Source of the DNA: Phoronis australis
Taxonomy: Eukaryota; Animalia; Phoronida
NCBI GenBank assembly: GCA_002633005.1
Contig: NMRA01000149.1
Coordinates: forward strand, 254,192-318,191
DNA length: 64,000 nucleotides
Direction of reading: 5' to 3'
Part shown: piece by piece, positions 24,045 to 38,474 of the stretch
How the letters are laid out: every line of letters begins with the position of its first letter
How positions within the stretch are numbered: position 1 is the first letter of the stretch
Program-made: the position numbers and the translations under genes
Notes under the pieces: generated by a model
Told to the model about the DNA's origin: nothing
Database searches by the model: none
Seen by the model: only the letters and a program-made list of their open reading frames with translations

Positions 24045-25955
24045 TTTTTGAGGTAAAACATTTATTAATCCAACCAACCAGCACATAGTTGTACAGCAAT
24101 ATGAAATCTAGTCAAGTACATCAAAAAGATTAGACACATTATCGAATCCTATATAAGCTAATTGCTAGGCAAAAAGAAGACCACCTTGTCTGGAATCTAT
24201 CAGGAGCCAATTTATAATTGTAAAAATAATTTTCCAGGCTGTGGTAATCACATACCTCACGTAAAAATGACTGAAAATTGGGCTTAACCTTTGCAATCTT
24301 TGCCTACGTAAACGAAATTTCGCTAAGCAAAGAATTAAATTTACAACTTCCAATCTACAGACTGGATCTCCAAACAAGGCGGTATACATATTTAACTGCA
24401 GAGGGAAATCGCACTGATTTATCATCCACGTTTTTAAACATCTCCAAAAATTCTGAGCAAGTGAACATTCCCAATACAAATGCAGTATTGTTTCTTCGTG
24501 TTGCTCACAGAAAGAACACAAAGACGATTCACTAACACCTAAGAGTTTGTACAAACTCTGTGGTTGATACGGAATTGAAACCATCTGAGTCTGACATCGG
24601 AAGTACAAGGATAAATTATAGAATGATTTTTTTCCAAGACTGAGTGTCACCGACCAATTTTCTCTCTCCCACTTCAATTCTGCGACAGGTTTTACATACA
24701 AGTTGGATAGGAATAATTGATAGATTTTCCCCGTCCCTCAATTTTCTGAGTAGATTCGAAAAATATGTTCTGGAAAAAAGGTGCGACTACAGTACTCTTG
24801 TCTCTGAGACGATTCCAAGAACGAGGCATTGACCTTCGAATTCCATTAAAATGAGTAATACAGTGGCAAAATTGAAAACGTGTACAAAAGGTATGATAAT
24901 CATGAATATAGCCTTTATCTCGGTCAATTACATCATACACGTATCGTATACCCTTTTGAAACCAGTCGTTCCAAAAAATTGGACTATTGTCTAATATTCA
25001 AATTTTTGGGTTATACCACAAAGGTTGGTACAAAGGGTCATCTATATCACACAGATTGATAAATTCGTATGATATAAAAATATCCTTCCAAAAATATTCT
25101 GAATACGATTAGCTACTTGAAGGAAAAACAAAACCCTAATTGAAAAGAATCATTTTTATATTACGACTAGTTTCAAATAAAATGTTTAGCCAAGGAGAAG
25201 CATTGTTATAATAATTTTTTAAGAATCTCCGAATCCAAGTCAGTTTAATAGCTTTGACAAATGACGCAATATGTTCCCACCTCCATGTTCAGATTTCTGT
25301 ACCATGATCTTTTTAGAGATTCTATCAATAGAGGTTCCCCATATATAATTAAAAAATAACTTTTCAGTGTCCTTTAAAAAAGTAGTACTTTTTCTAACCT
25401 CGTTCAATTTTTATCGTAGTTCAAATGAATCATGTCCTATAAGTTGACAGAGAAGGTAATTCCAAGGGAAGTAAACTGGGAACTTGCCCATTTTAAATCT
25501 TTTTCACAGCAAAGTTTATCACCACAACATATCTTGGAACCAATCCATATACAAACAGTTTTATCGATATTGGGTGTCAAACCAGAATATTTAGCAAATT
25601 GATAAAGAAGGTCAAGTGACGATTTTAAGGTCTCTGAACCATCTAGAAAGAGGGCCGTGTCGTTTGCCTATTGCATTAAGTTATACTCTGAAGAGCGTAC
25701 TTCTCTGCCCTTAACATTCTCGCATTTCCTCAACATAGATGCCATAATTTCGGCACACAACGAAAAGAGATAAGGTGGCAGGGGATCTCTTTGTCTGCAA
25801 CCTCGCAAATGTTAAAGTAGTTAGATGTCAAGCCACACTGACTGACCGAAAGTTAGACACTTTCATTGAATATTGTGAACCAACGAATAATTTTGTCACT
25901 AAAATTGAAACAGTGAAGAACTTTCTTAAGAAATCCCCAGGAAACATAACCTGAG
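24045..25955 (-). mobile_element. 5'-truncated, decayed Tx1/L1-clade LINE
   Basis: Motifs VSWGFLKKVL..F.FS..IIRWF, RGCRQRDPLPPYLF and Q*ANDT (YADD-like). C-terminal CSFC...ETILHLYWEC zinc knuckle, AATAAA plus A-run near 24060. Lies in PIPOX intron 7. Confidence 0.85.
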
Positions 25956-26349
25956 ACTTTGTACCCGAATGAAAAAACGAATTGTTGATTTTTTAAAAAA
26001 ATAATGAAATTGATTTTCCAAATATTTGGATTGTAGGAGTGGCTGTCTACTAAACAACAGCATTTCACAAAACGATCAAGGGCCACGTATTTACATCATG
26101 CCGTGACTGTTCTTGCTCAGGAGACATTCACGTGAAAGTTACTTGTGCCATAGATAATGGGCTGCATTCCATAGACCCAAAACCCAATGTGATCACATGC
26201 TTCGCTTGTAATGCATGGAGATATCTCGTGAATTTGTGTTTTCGAATGTTTCTTGCGTCCGCGGAATGCAGTACTAGCTTACGCAACGGAAAAAACGTTG
26301 CAAGTGCCATCATAGATACTTTATAGTCTATGGTGCCATAAATCAACTG

Positions 26350-26600
26350 TCCGACCGGTCATCTTTCCGTAGGTGTAGATTAAACACAAATAATGTCCTC
26401 ATATGATTTATCTTTAGGAAATATGTACAGCATCGAGCGAGCAACAAATTCGCATAAATCGTACATGCAAATTATTCGAAAATCAGTTCACTACGTCATG
26501 TCTTGTTATACACTTGCACTCATTTATGACCTGTCTTGAAAGTTTTTACCCCGCTCACAATAAGCGGGAACTGAACAGCATTCATATCTTCCTCGCGACA
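26350..26600 (-). pseudogene. Decayed THAP-like relic
   Basis: ECCSVPAYC followed downstream by LYIFPKDKS. Confidence 0.35.
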
Positions 26601-27962
26601 TTGACCAGTCATCAATGAATAAATAGGAAGACATAACAATATTGGTTGGGAAACGTTGCGTTGACCACAAGAACCTCGCGAAAAAGCACTCAGACCTCGC
26701 AAAATCATGCGAATAAAAACAATGTTTCACGAGTATGCTCACGATCTAAGCGTAACCTAGCAAAATGGCGGTCACTGCAGTAATTAGTCGATCGTTGAGG
26801 TTAAAATGTTGAATTGCGTTATAGATTTCATCAATTTAAGATAGAATACCTGGCACCGGGTAATACAACTGAAGGGCGTTGAATAGGTAAATTAACCAGA
26901 AAACACTGGTTCATATAACACAGGAACAATCGCGAGACGGTGGCGCGGTCGAGTGAGTTGTCACCTGTCTCCGGAAATTGTAAATAGGGGATGCAAAGAT
27001 AGCAGGATTCATTCGAAAAGCAAGTAATGCCAACGCATCCCAGCATTACATCTGTCTGAAGCCTTAATTCGTCAAAATCTGTCAACTACTTCGAGAGTAA
27101 TTGAAGGACTATTTTTTTCGAAAACTAGAGGTACTTGTACTTTTCTTGAATCCGTCCGAAAATCAACAGGTATCGACAAACTTCACCGCTCGAATAAGCC
27201 TACTTCTGTTGGTTAAGATCCACGAAGTGGCTAAAACTGAATTAGCGAACCTTCTTAAGTAAAGACGGACGCACGGACAGACGACGGAACAACGGAATGT
27301 CAACCGCTTTCCCACTAGAAAATTTTGTGTCTGCATAAAGTCTTTTCCTTTTGATTTTGAATAGAACCTAGGTTTTCCCCAACATTTTTAATTGCCATAT
27401 CCTTCTTTTAATCCGTTGTTCTTTTTGTCTTTTTACTTTCAGCTTAGGCAGAGTCAGAAAATATGTCTGCAACTCGAAATCAAAAGACAAAAATCCTTTG
27501 TTTGCTCGACTAGACAGAACACAAAACGTTTCAAGAAACGCAAAAGACAAAGTCAACTTCCGGCTAAAGTAGTCAGATTTATGACTTTGGTTGAAATTAA
27601 ATGACAAAATACAATAGTCTCTTTGAGAAACGGGTCACACAGGTGTTTGTAAGGGAATTCAAGCCGAGAGAATCAGAGGCCTGTCACACGTTTGTAGAAT
27701 CAGGAGAGAAAAAGTCAGCAGTTACAAAATCAGCAGTAACAGAGAGTCAATAGTGAGCCAGTGAGACGGTAAGGTATAGTATACGGTTTCTCACTAACGG
27801 AGGTCATACAGACGGAAGTCAATATGATGATTTTCAGACCCCGAGATAATTATCACATTTTTGGGGGGCGTGAAAACCCGCATATAGAGGATACGAGATG
27901 GGGGATTTAATTCGGACCAAGACGTGCATTTCTCTGTGAATATTATAAAAGTATTGTCTTAC

Positions 27963-28038
27963 CCGCAAACCCTGCTGCAATAATTAAGTTATGAAAGATC
28001 GGGTGACGGTCGAGTATCAAGTCTTCGTCAGGCGTGAT
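27963..28038 (-). CDS. PIPOX: PIPOX-like exon 7
   Basis: Reads ITPDEDLILDRHPIFHNLIIAAGFA-G. Sites ttttcag and G|gtaaga, 76 nt. Confidence 0.92.
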
Positions 28039-29677
28039 CTGAAAACAGGTGAATTAAGTCAAGCAACAGTACAAAAATGGGACAGACTGAAGTTCTCAAT
28101 AACAGTCATTTCTGAATGATTGTTATTGAGAACTTCAATCAGCACAACAAGCTATGATTTTATTAACATAAATTTGACATGAACCCGGACGTTTTGATAT
28201 TAGACAAGTTTCGTGGACAAATTACACTCAGGGGTGTACAGGAAATTGGCATCCAAAATTCGCCCTCATGGAAAGGGTTTTGGAGAGAGTCAAACATACT
28301 GAATGCGAACAAAATAAGCGACTTTGGGCTTCCAAGTCCCATTTCGATTGACATTTTCATTGACATTTATTTGTTCTTGGTTTGCACACTCACATTGCTT
28401 AGTTATCAAGAGCGACATTTATTAAGGGTACGTGATTAAAGAGGCATGGAACGAGAAAGATCGTTAAAAATATCTTTTAAACAAATCCTGACGAAAGTAT
28501 CTGCATAGTTATTTACTTTCATCTGTGAAAGAATTTACAAATTCACAATGTTTCAAAAACGCGCGAAGGAAAAACTCTGCAGTCACCAGCTTCTAATCTC
28601 CCCCCCCCACTTATGACTGACAAGATGGATACGTGTGATTGCACTTTGAATCTGAGGTCGAAAGCATAGTATAAGGCAAGACACTGAGGCAAGCAATTTT
28701 TCAGCAAAAATTCCAAGTGCTTGAATACTACGATACCTTACTAATTTTAAACTGCTAGGACTTACATCAATTTCCTCTTGATCGGGCTGCTGCTTGAAAT
28801 CGTCATTGTTTTGTTTGCATCAAAGATCACTTTTTAAATATACGGGAAATGTGTTACGTCCATGTGTTGCCATACAAATAACGAGACTCGCTTTGAATTG
28901 AGGGAAAAATCGACGAAGTTGACAGGTTGTTCTTTTTGAAATTTGAAACTAAAAGAGGAATGCTTTGACATCAACCGAAATTCAAAATCTTTACGAACAA
29001 GCCGTAAAAACACCTGGTAAACAGGCTGAATTATGTTTCAGTGGCAGAGAACCACTTTAATAATGCAATTTTCGCGTTCGAGGCTTCTTTAATCTCTGTA
29101 CTTTGAATTTCCGTAAAATACACGGAGTAAACCACCACATCGTTCAAATAAATGCGTAATTCTTCTATTGAAAGCCAATTTTTCGATATTCATAACTTCC
29201 ACGCATTTTAAAACACCAAACTGGTCACGTGGCGTAAGATACAGGTAGCTTCTAGAGGACAAGGAAGCACTAAAAACTTTTGTTTGAAACACATCATGAC
29301 CAATCACAAACATTGTAAAAGGGTCTTTTCACACTAAAATAAGTGGGGGCTAAAGCTCCACATCACCCATTAGTGCGCCGCCCTGTCAGTATGAGCGGTG
29401 CAGCACTGAAATAAGGGGGGGCTATAGCCCCCAGCCCCCTAAGATTAGCCGCCCATGTGCAAAGGGCCGGCGTATTGGCAAGTTCGGCATTCATGCTCAT
29501 TGACCTGCAAAGACCGTATTTGCACGAATACATAAACAGAATTCAACTATTCAGTATTTTTCTCTGACAGTCACATACGAGTCGAATGATTCATGAATAC
29601 CATTCGCGTTTGGATTTGTCAGTGAACTTGTGTTGTTGTCATTTGGTCTCATGTGTACGGTGCCTCAAATAATCAAG

Positions 29678-30393
29678 TGTCACAAAACTTCTAGATGATA
29701 CTTCAGCTTGTCAAAATATAGTCTGACAGTATTTTTAGTAGTATTGTTTTGTTTTGTTTTGTTATTCTATTTGATTGGCATGACCCCTGAGTTAAGTACA
29801 ATGATGATGTAATTTGTTTACTACAGTATAGTGTGGAACTTTCTAGAAGACTCTAGCATGACAGTGATTAATGCAGTCTGGAATATTCTAGAGACTTGCA
29901 GAATGGCTGGGTAGATTCAGGAAAGTTCTAGAATGTGCTTGAATTGATGAAAAGTTCCAGAACAATGCATTAGGCTATAAATACACAAGCACGGGTTTGT
30001 GTTAGTCAGATCAAGTCAGTTCAAGAGAGATGAAGTCAGTTCAAGAGAGACCAAGTCAGTTCAAGAGAAGATCAAGTAAGTTCAAGAAAGTTAATCAGGA
30101 GAACTACAGTTGAGTTGCAGTGAAGAGAATCTGCAGTTACAGCGATAGTCAATAGAGTGTCAGCTATAGAGAGAGCAGGTTATTGAATCGACGAGTGTAA
30201 CAGTTGCTGAACGTGTCTCAGAAGTTCATAACAAGTCAAGGCTTCGCAGCACTGACTGGAGCATAAACAGACATTACGTCAACGTTTTGTTTGAGTAGGC
30301 TTGTGATCGTATGGTCGGGATTAATAAAGGATTAACTCGAACCAGTCTTCAGTCTGTCGTCGCACCGAAAGCTATTAGCACCGGTCTGTAACA
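29678..30393 (+). mobile_element. Probable solo LTR
   Basis: TGTCACA...TGTAACA ends, TATAAATA at 29976, AATAAA at 30323, and an internal ~20-bp repeat x4 (30011-30088). No clear TSD or PBS. Confidence 0.5.
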
Positions 30394-32508
30394 ACCTGCG
30401 CCCACCCACACACGGGGAAAAACGTGGCCCAGCTCAAGAGATTTGTATACTCGTTTGACCGTATAACGTAACGAAGATGAACAAACCATTTTTTTACAAC
30501 TCAAAAAGTTGGAATTCGTAGAAAAACAATACATTTTCTGAATATTCAAGTAAAAATGTAACATTTGTAACAGTGCAGAAGGAAGGGAATGATGACTAAA
30601 CCTACTGCAAATTCAAACATATTACACTGTAGCATTACGGGTGAAATAGTGTATTTCGTGAGAACACTGAAAAAATGCAAAAATACGGAATGTAACGAGG
30701 ATACAAGCTTGTATTCTATACTATCACAATTAGTATTGACTGACTATTCTATGAAAAAGTTGAACTAAATCAAGAAGTCAAATGAGCCGAACTATACGCA
30801 CAAGGCTTACTGATATAAAATTGTCCATTTCAATCTAGTGCATTCAGAATTTTTGAGCTACGTATTTCATTTGCATTACAGGCAAACCTGAAAGTGAAAT
30901 TAATCTAACGGACATCAGAATTATAAAAATTTGGAAAGGTAAAAATAATAAAAATCGAAAAACAATAGTATTTCGTTTATTATAAATACATGAATTCTTA
31001 TACAAGATGTAGCTAAATGTGTTCGAAAACGCAGTGACTTTTTGTCAACCTTCTGTTAGCTAACACGTGTCGTGACCAACAAAAGGTGTGTGTGAAAACT
31101 AATTATTTTTCCTTATACGATATCACCGAGCTGGTTTTTGATTAAAGAAAAATGTTCAATCATCAAGTGATGGTCATATGATAAATTTGGCGAACCTCAA
31201 ATCGGCACACCTCATAGATGACTGAGAGGAGTTAAATAAAACTGTCATATATTGTACCTCTTGCAGTGTTTCCTAACAGGGCATGAGGGGCCAGGTACAA
31301 TTAGAACCTTCAGTAATTTCAATGAAAAATGCAGATATTTTGCTATGAATGTATCTTTCTTTTTCGGAATTTTATTAAAAATATGGTCAAGTGACCCATT
31401 TAATGGCAGACTGATATATAAAGTCAGACTTTCTACTTTCATGAAACATATACTTTTAGAAAGTTAAGGCAGGTGTATACACCGATCAAATCTCCAGTTT
31501 CCTATCTAAAATAAAAGGGCAACAACTAGTTAGACATGACTCTGAAAGTGAGAAAAATCGAAAAAAAAAGTTTTTATCATATTCGTTTTTTTAAAATTGG
31601 TGTTTTAATTTTCAAAATATCCAATTTTACCACGATTTTTTTCAAATCGTACTAGTATTATTATCAACCGTTTCCTAAGGTAATAATCTAACTATCCATA
31701 CCAAATACATGTATAAAATTATTATCTTGATTTTGTGGCATTTTTGAGTATGAGCTCTGGCAAGCACGCCACCTTCTGTCATTTGATCTCTTTCCGTCCA
31801 ATAAGTAAAAATGTGGTCCATGTTTCAAAAAAACCATGGCATGCGAGTGTACTCCAATTATGGTGAATTTCAAATTTGCAAATTTCGTAAAAATTGACCC
31901 ACGAGTTGGGGAAAATAGGCCCAAGAATCTTGTTACCACCTTGAAATCACGAGTTAAGCGGGCATCGCCTGCCACTTGAGGTCAAAATTCGTTCAGAATA
32001 CGCGGTCATAATGTTCCAATTTCTGTTGATGTAATAAAATTAAAGCAGACATTTACTTCATGTTTAGAAAATATGATAAACCTGTTTGTTTTCAACGTAA
32101 TTTTAATCATTTTTGCGAACATGTGAATCACAACAGACGACCAAAACAAATATGGCTGACACGTGGGCGGAGCTTAGCGCTGCCGACCGCCCACCTTTAA
32201 AACCATGTGTTGATTGTTTATGTGACTCTTCTAAACTCTCCACTCAGTGTGGTAAAGGACTCTCTAATTATATTATATAGACCTATTTGTTAGTATTCCA
32301 ATAATATATGCAGTTACCGTCTCATCATCAAGCAATATATGCGTTATATCAATTCACTGTGTTACTATCTGTATAACAACTAGCGACGAGGATAATGAGC
32401 GAATGTCATCGCAACGGTTCAACATTTTCACGTGCTTATACCGCCAACATTCGGGCCAAAGGGACTGGGGGATAAGGAAATAGCACTTTCAGCGCAAATA
32501 GCGTCGCT

Positions 32509-35500
32509 TCAATCAATCAATCAATCAATCAATCTCTTTATTTATAGTCAGTTTGACAAAACACTAGCCGAAGGTTAATATCACCGACTGTGAATAACAA
32601 CATCAAAAGCATAAATAATAAAATAATGAACAATAAAATAATGATAAAACAAAACATATAACAAGATGAGAAAAAACACATAATAAGATATCATGAAAGT
32701 ATGGCATGCACACACATACACATATACATCAGATTTAAAATCTGCATACCTCGCACCTGCACGGTGGTTCTGTCCAAGATTTAATAAAATTCTTAAAAAG
32801 TTTATAGTCCATGAACTTGGACTCATTTGGAAGAGAGTTCCAGAGTTTAGCACCGTACACTGATAAAGAGTTTAAACCTTGGCGCACTGTTCGACAATGT
32901 TTAACACGTAACACAGATTTATTACGTAGATTATAATGAGAAGTTTTTTTCCTCAAAGAGGTCCCACATGAAAGGGGGTGACAAGTGATGATATGATTTG
33001 TATACCTCTAGAACGATCGCGCGATTTCTAACCAGTTCAATGGTCGGGAGATCTGCTCTAGCGAGGAGTTCAGTGTAGCCCGCATTCCAGTCCTGATACA
33101 CAAATCTGAGTGCCCTGTACTGTAGGCGCTCGAGTTTTGCAGTGTTCGTCGCGCCGCAGAAATGCCACACTAAGTTACAGTAACTAAAGTGTGACAGGAC
33201 AAAACATCTAAAAATAGCCATCCGTGACACATGGTCAAGCTGTCCTGACAGCCTTTGAAGGACACTAAGCTGCGCCGCAGCCTTCCGACAGAGAACTCTG
33301 GTGTGCTGTGCAAAACTTAGCTGTTTGTCCAAAATGACACCCAGCTGTCTTCAGAGGATATATCACCTCCGATACAGAATCTATTGGCACTGCCGCCATT
33401 TAACGTAATAGCCTGAAACTTTGATGAGTTGGCCTCCATCATATTATCCCGGAACCATGAGATCGCGATCTCCGACTCAGATGATAAAAGTCCTAATGAC
33501 CTCGGCAGTGGAGTCTCTGATGATGGAGATTTGTTATCATCCGCATATTTCACAAGGTTTGAGTCTTTAATCGAAGAATAGAGATCATTTACAAAAAACA
33601 TTAAAAAGTACAGGTCCTAGCACTGAGCCTTGGGGTACGCCTTTCACAAGACGGAGCCAGTTACTGAAAAATCCAGACAGTTTCACCCTTTGGCTACGAT
33701 CGGATATCAAAGCACATCCCTCACCAGACATGCCATAGGCCAACAGCTTTGATATAATCAGCTCGTATGGGAGGCAGTCAAACGCCTTACTGAAGTCCAT
33801 CATTACTGCTCCAGCATGGCGCTTCAAGTAGAGGGCCGACTTCCAGGTCTCTATGAGCCTGAGTAGTGCAGACTGACAGCTATAGCCCCCTCTATAAGCC
33901 GAGATTCTAGGAGCCAGGACGCTGTTTAGAAAGCCGTGAAGTTGCGAGAGCATGAGCTTCTCCAGGATCTTGGACAATGACAGCAAGATGCTCACTGGAC
34001 GGTAGTTCTTAATGGTCATATTGTCCCACGACATCAGCCAGTTTCGCCCCGTAGGGAAAAACGCAAGTGTCAACACACTAATTAAAGATGAGTGACATGT
34101 GATGACTTAAGTGTGTTGCCACAGGCTTCACTAGGAGTTTTGGTGGGATCTTGTCATATCTTTGGCCTTAGCAGAGTCAAGGTTTTTGATGATCAATTTT
34201 ACGGTCTCAGACTCTGTGTGCTCGAAAGTAAAATCACATTTTGGCATCCCCTTTGTAATGTTCACTACACTGGGGTGGCTCTTGAAATGAGAGCAGCACT
34301 CCTTCACAAACTCTGTGTTGGTTTTTGAGCCTTGCTCAAGGTCAATGTCACTACCAATATTGGAGTTCATCTCAGATGCCACAATTTTGGGATCCGTCTG
34401 AAGGCCATTTTCCCCTTTGATCATTATGGGATTTGTTACCGTTTCCCCCTTGTTGGTCAGGAAGGGTTTTATCGTCTTCCAAAGGTCAGGATTTTTAGAG
34501 CCTCCAGAGCACTTACTGTTTAAACATTCCCTTATGGCCGTCTTTCTAGCCGCCGTCACGAGATTCCTTTGTAGCCTGTACAGTTCCCAGTTTTTGTCTG
34601 TTGGGTAACGCTTGAACCTGTTATGTAGTCTAGTTTTCTCACTCACAGCACGGCGCAGACGTCTAAACGGAGCTTCACGTGCTCTTACATTGGTTGTTTT
34701 TACGGGAGCATGTTCATTTATCACATCCAGTAGGAGTGACTGCAAGACCCAATAGTTGTCAGACGGATCTTCAAAAGTCTGGCAGGCCGACAGAGGTATG
34801 TTGCTAACATCTTTTAACATGTTGAATTGTCTGTAGTTTCTGTAGGTAACTATCTTGGCGGGTAGTCTGGGTGCGCCCGTTTTCAAAACGACGAATACCA
34901 GGTTATGGGAATCACTAAGCCCTACATTCACTGATCCAGATGTCCTACACTGATCCTGACGGGTGGTAAGTATTACATCTATCAATGATTTCCCATGAGC
35001 AGTTAAGTTAGTTGCCTCTGTACATAATCAGCTGGTTCAGAGAATACATATATCACATAGGTCTTCCACTGGGCTAGCTTTTGATTTCACAAGCATATCA
35101 CAATTTAAATCACCAATTATCCAAATGTTCGAGTGTCTGTGTGACACCTGAGCTCTTTCTAGCATACTCGACATTTCATCCAGTAGAGTCCTATTAGGGG
35201 TTTTCGGTGGGTTGTATGTTAGCACGAAGAGGTGTCTCGATGTCCTGCTAAGTTGTGCCTCTAGAAGCAATGTTTCCGGTACTGTTGTATCCAACAAGGT
35301 GATACGCCGGCAAGGAATGTCAGAACGCACATATATCCATAGTCCCCCGCCTGATACATTGCGTCAGTACTAAACTGAGCATCAGGTTAGGAAACGTCTA
35401 GTTTTGTCTCAGCCAGTGCAAGAATGTCAACTGGTACACTCCTCAGTCTATCCCGTACATCATTTACCTTGTGACGCAGGCTATTAATGTTCAAGTATGC

Positions 35501-36520
35501 CACGATCAGGCCTTTAGGCATGTCATGCCTGATGCAGGAGAACCATTCATGAGGACCATTTTGTGCAGTTGATATGTCACTGGCATCACTAGCATTGGAC
35601 GTCAACGAGTCTTGTAGGCTGGTATCTTGAACGAAAAAAGAATCCGAGAAAGGTGGCAATTGACAGCCGTAACAATACCAGTCGTCATCATTAGATGACA
35701 AAAAGTCATATTGTTCATTTGATAAAGCGATGGTCTCTGGCAAACATTTTAATTGATACCAAAAGTCACAAGAATGACATTGCAGACCTTTTTGATTTGA
35801 TTTTACCGGTTTTGGCAGATTCCACATGGTCACTTAAAACACCGTTTCCCTGGGCCAGGATTTAGGTGCACGTCTCCACTCAGTAACAGTAGGACGAGTC
35901 CATAATGCCAAGCAAGTCTCTGTTGTTGATATTCCACGGGTCCTGCCTGAGCGCGCCATCTTTATTTCCCTTGCGAGATGCCCGGATGTCCGTCCTCTAG
36001 AGACAAATTTGCACAGAGAAGTCCATAGTTTCTACCAAAACCGTCACTACAGACCGTGAGAGCTATTCCTACCGGGTCTACGTATCGTTGGGTTGAAGAG
36101 AGTCTCATTTTCGGTTTGATTTGAAGCAGCAGGATAGCAGAAAACAGCACTAAATGTGCGAGCTTCACAAAAAGTCTTGTTGCCATTTTGACCGAAAGTC
36201 GCTTCAGTGAGATTTTCAAAAGTTATCAAAGTACCGGGGTATATCTTGCTTTCTATTAAAATAGAATAAAAATAATTCAGGGATACGTTTGAATCGATGC
36301 ACTAGAATAATTTTGTTATGGGCGGCGGTAAGTTGAAAAAACCGCTGAGTTGGCAGCCAAGTTTCTCCCGCGACCAACGGCGCGCATTCCTATCACAAAA
36401 GCAAGGTTAATCTCGAAAAATTTTCTACTCTGACGGCATGTAGTTGTCCACAATCAGATAAATATAGCTAGAGTTGAAGTCACGTGGTTTTCGTTGAGTG
36501 GAGTGGTCCGCCATCTTGCT
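32509..36520 (-). mobile_element. Near-full-length frameshifted CR1/L2-group LINE (2A-like peptide, PHD, APE, RT)
   Basis: LLLSGDVHLNPGP; CGIC..CHSC..W...KC...WYCYGC; LNINSLR..K and LAETKLD; GDLNCD; YRPVSIL; DFSKAFD; GVPQGSVLGP; YADD. (GATT)n 3' tail at 32509-32534, CAAGATGGCGG near the 5' end. Confidence 0.92.
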
Positions 36521-37499
36521 GATGAACCATGTAGTTGAGATGCGGGATTTCTAGTAAAAACCCATAGCTTTAATATAAGGATTGTCAAGTGCAAACTAGG
36601 ATTTTTAGAAAATCATTGCATACTTGAGCACAGAATTAATAAAAGGGTCTTAACACTTATATAGCAGAAAACATCAAAAATACAGTTTGACTTCCAGTAT
36701 AACCCAGAGTCAATGATATACTTTTTTGATCTTTCGAGGTTTAAAAATTGAAACTGAAATAAAATGATCTTGTGGGTGAGAATCCGATCGCAGAAACAAT
36801 ATTGTTCAACTTCATTTAGTCCCACTTAAGTCAATGTGTCATGGTCTTTGCTTGACTTTCCTTCATAGTCGATATGTCTTTAAGGGTTTAGTGACCATAT
36901 TCTCTTCAAGATATCTGTTGTTTTCTAGCAACAGAGAAACACAAAAAGTGACTACAAGATTAATAGTTCTACATTTTTACACAGTGGACACCAATTCGAA
37001 GATTTATTAATATAGCCAGGTTATTAGGAATAAGGCAGGATCGAAGGACGGGATACCCCAAGAATGCTACACACCACAATGTTATATTGGGACGGCAGAT
37101 GGGTTGTTTCTGTAGATTTCAAGATATTGGACAAATGTTATGTAGCCTGGCAAGCTGTTAAAATCTGCAACTGTCTTACTTGAGGAGAACCATCATTTTT
37201 ATATTCTGTCCTGTTTATGGTCTTCTGATACTTACGGTGTATTGATGTCTGGGTATGTACGACAGGGCAGTTAGAGTTTACGACCATTGAATCTTGTCAT
37301 ATTTATTTTGTGGCGGGTTGTTGTCAATATAAATGTACTAGTAACATAATTGTGTGCCAGTAAATGTCGGATCCAACTGAATTGAAGGATCAAATTAGAG
37401 TTGTAGTCCAATCATTCTACGGATAACCCGGAAAAATTGCAACAGAAGGTTTTATTGCATAAATCGTATCCTCTCACACCGCTTAGTGTGAGAAAAAAG

Positions 37500-37995
37500 T
37501 CTACCGGAAGTTGGTTTTTCAAGATGGCGAACAAAATGGCCGCCAGATTTGCAGATGACCATTGTAACTCGTGAGTGGAATGTGATAGAATAAACATTCA
37601 AAAAGGCTTACCTATCTTTCATGGGTCAACAAATCCATTGGAAATAGTTTTGCAAGGTTGTGGTGACACCGTCCACCATTTTCCAAGATGGCCTCCAAAA
37701 CTATTTCGAGTGGCACAACTTCGCACAAACAGATTAGTGAGTCGTCCTGTTTCAAACATTGCATCATAGGTTTTCTGGGTCGACTAATCCATCGAGACTC
37801 ATTGCGTTTGGCTCTAATGGTTACTTCCACCATTTTCTAAGATGGCCACCAAATAGTTGCTTCGTGAAAGAACTTCAGATTCCAGAGACACGCCATCTTC
37901 ACAGATTTCATATCCTGAGTTTTTTAGGTCAGCACGTCCATTACAATAATTTTTGTCTGGCTCTGATGATTACGACTACCATTTTCAAGATTGTT
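37500..37995. repeat. Degenerate repeats carrying (C/T)AAGATGGC motifs, typical of DNA-transposon subtermini
   Basis: aagatggcg (37521), aaaatggccgcc, aagatggcctcc, aagatggccacc and attttcaagat recur at ~150-bp spacing. Confidence 0.45.
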
Positions 37996-38474
37996 TAACG
38001 AATAATAACTTATTTGGGTGAAAAACATCAGGTTCGCCTGGACTGAAGGACCATTCTCCTCCTGAAAAAATGTGCTGTATCGAAAATAACTCGGCGATTA
38101 CTTTAGTGATCTACTATCCACACCGTCTGTGTCACTTCCAGTTAGTGAATCTATACACAGTCAACCAGTATTTATTACACAACTAATCTCTGTCAACTGA
38201 GAATGAATTGCTGCAGTTATACCACGGCATTCTCAACATGCAACCGAGCACGGCAATCCTAACTTCTTGCAAGTGCATCTCTTGGAACTGCAGTTGGTCT
38301 TACACGAGCATCTTACTAGTTTCAGCAGGTTCTCTGGTGCTGCTGACTGATCCGTCATCGTGGGAATGAATTTTCCACTTGCCAGCATCCATCCCCAACA
38401 CAGCGAGTCTAGGCCACTGCCACGGAAACTTGGCTACTCTTGCTCTTGATGTCCCGGCAGCATGGAATTTTGTC

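Noticed and set aside
30011-30088. Regular ~20-bp repeats resembling a CRISPR array
   Set aside because: Contiguous units with no unique spacers, inside an LTR-like element in eukaryotic DNA, and no cas genes.
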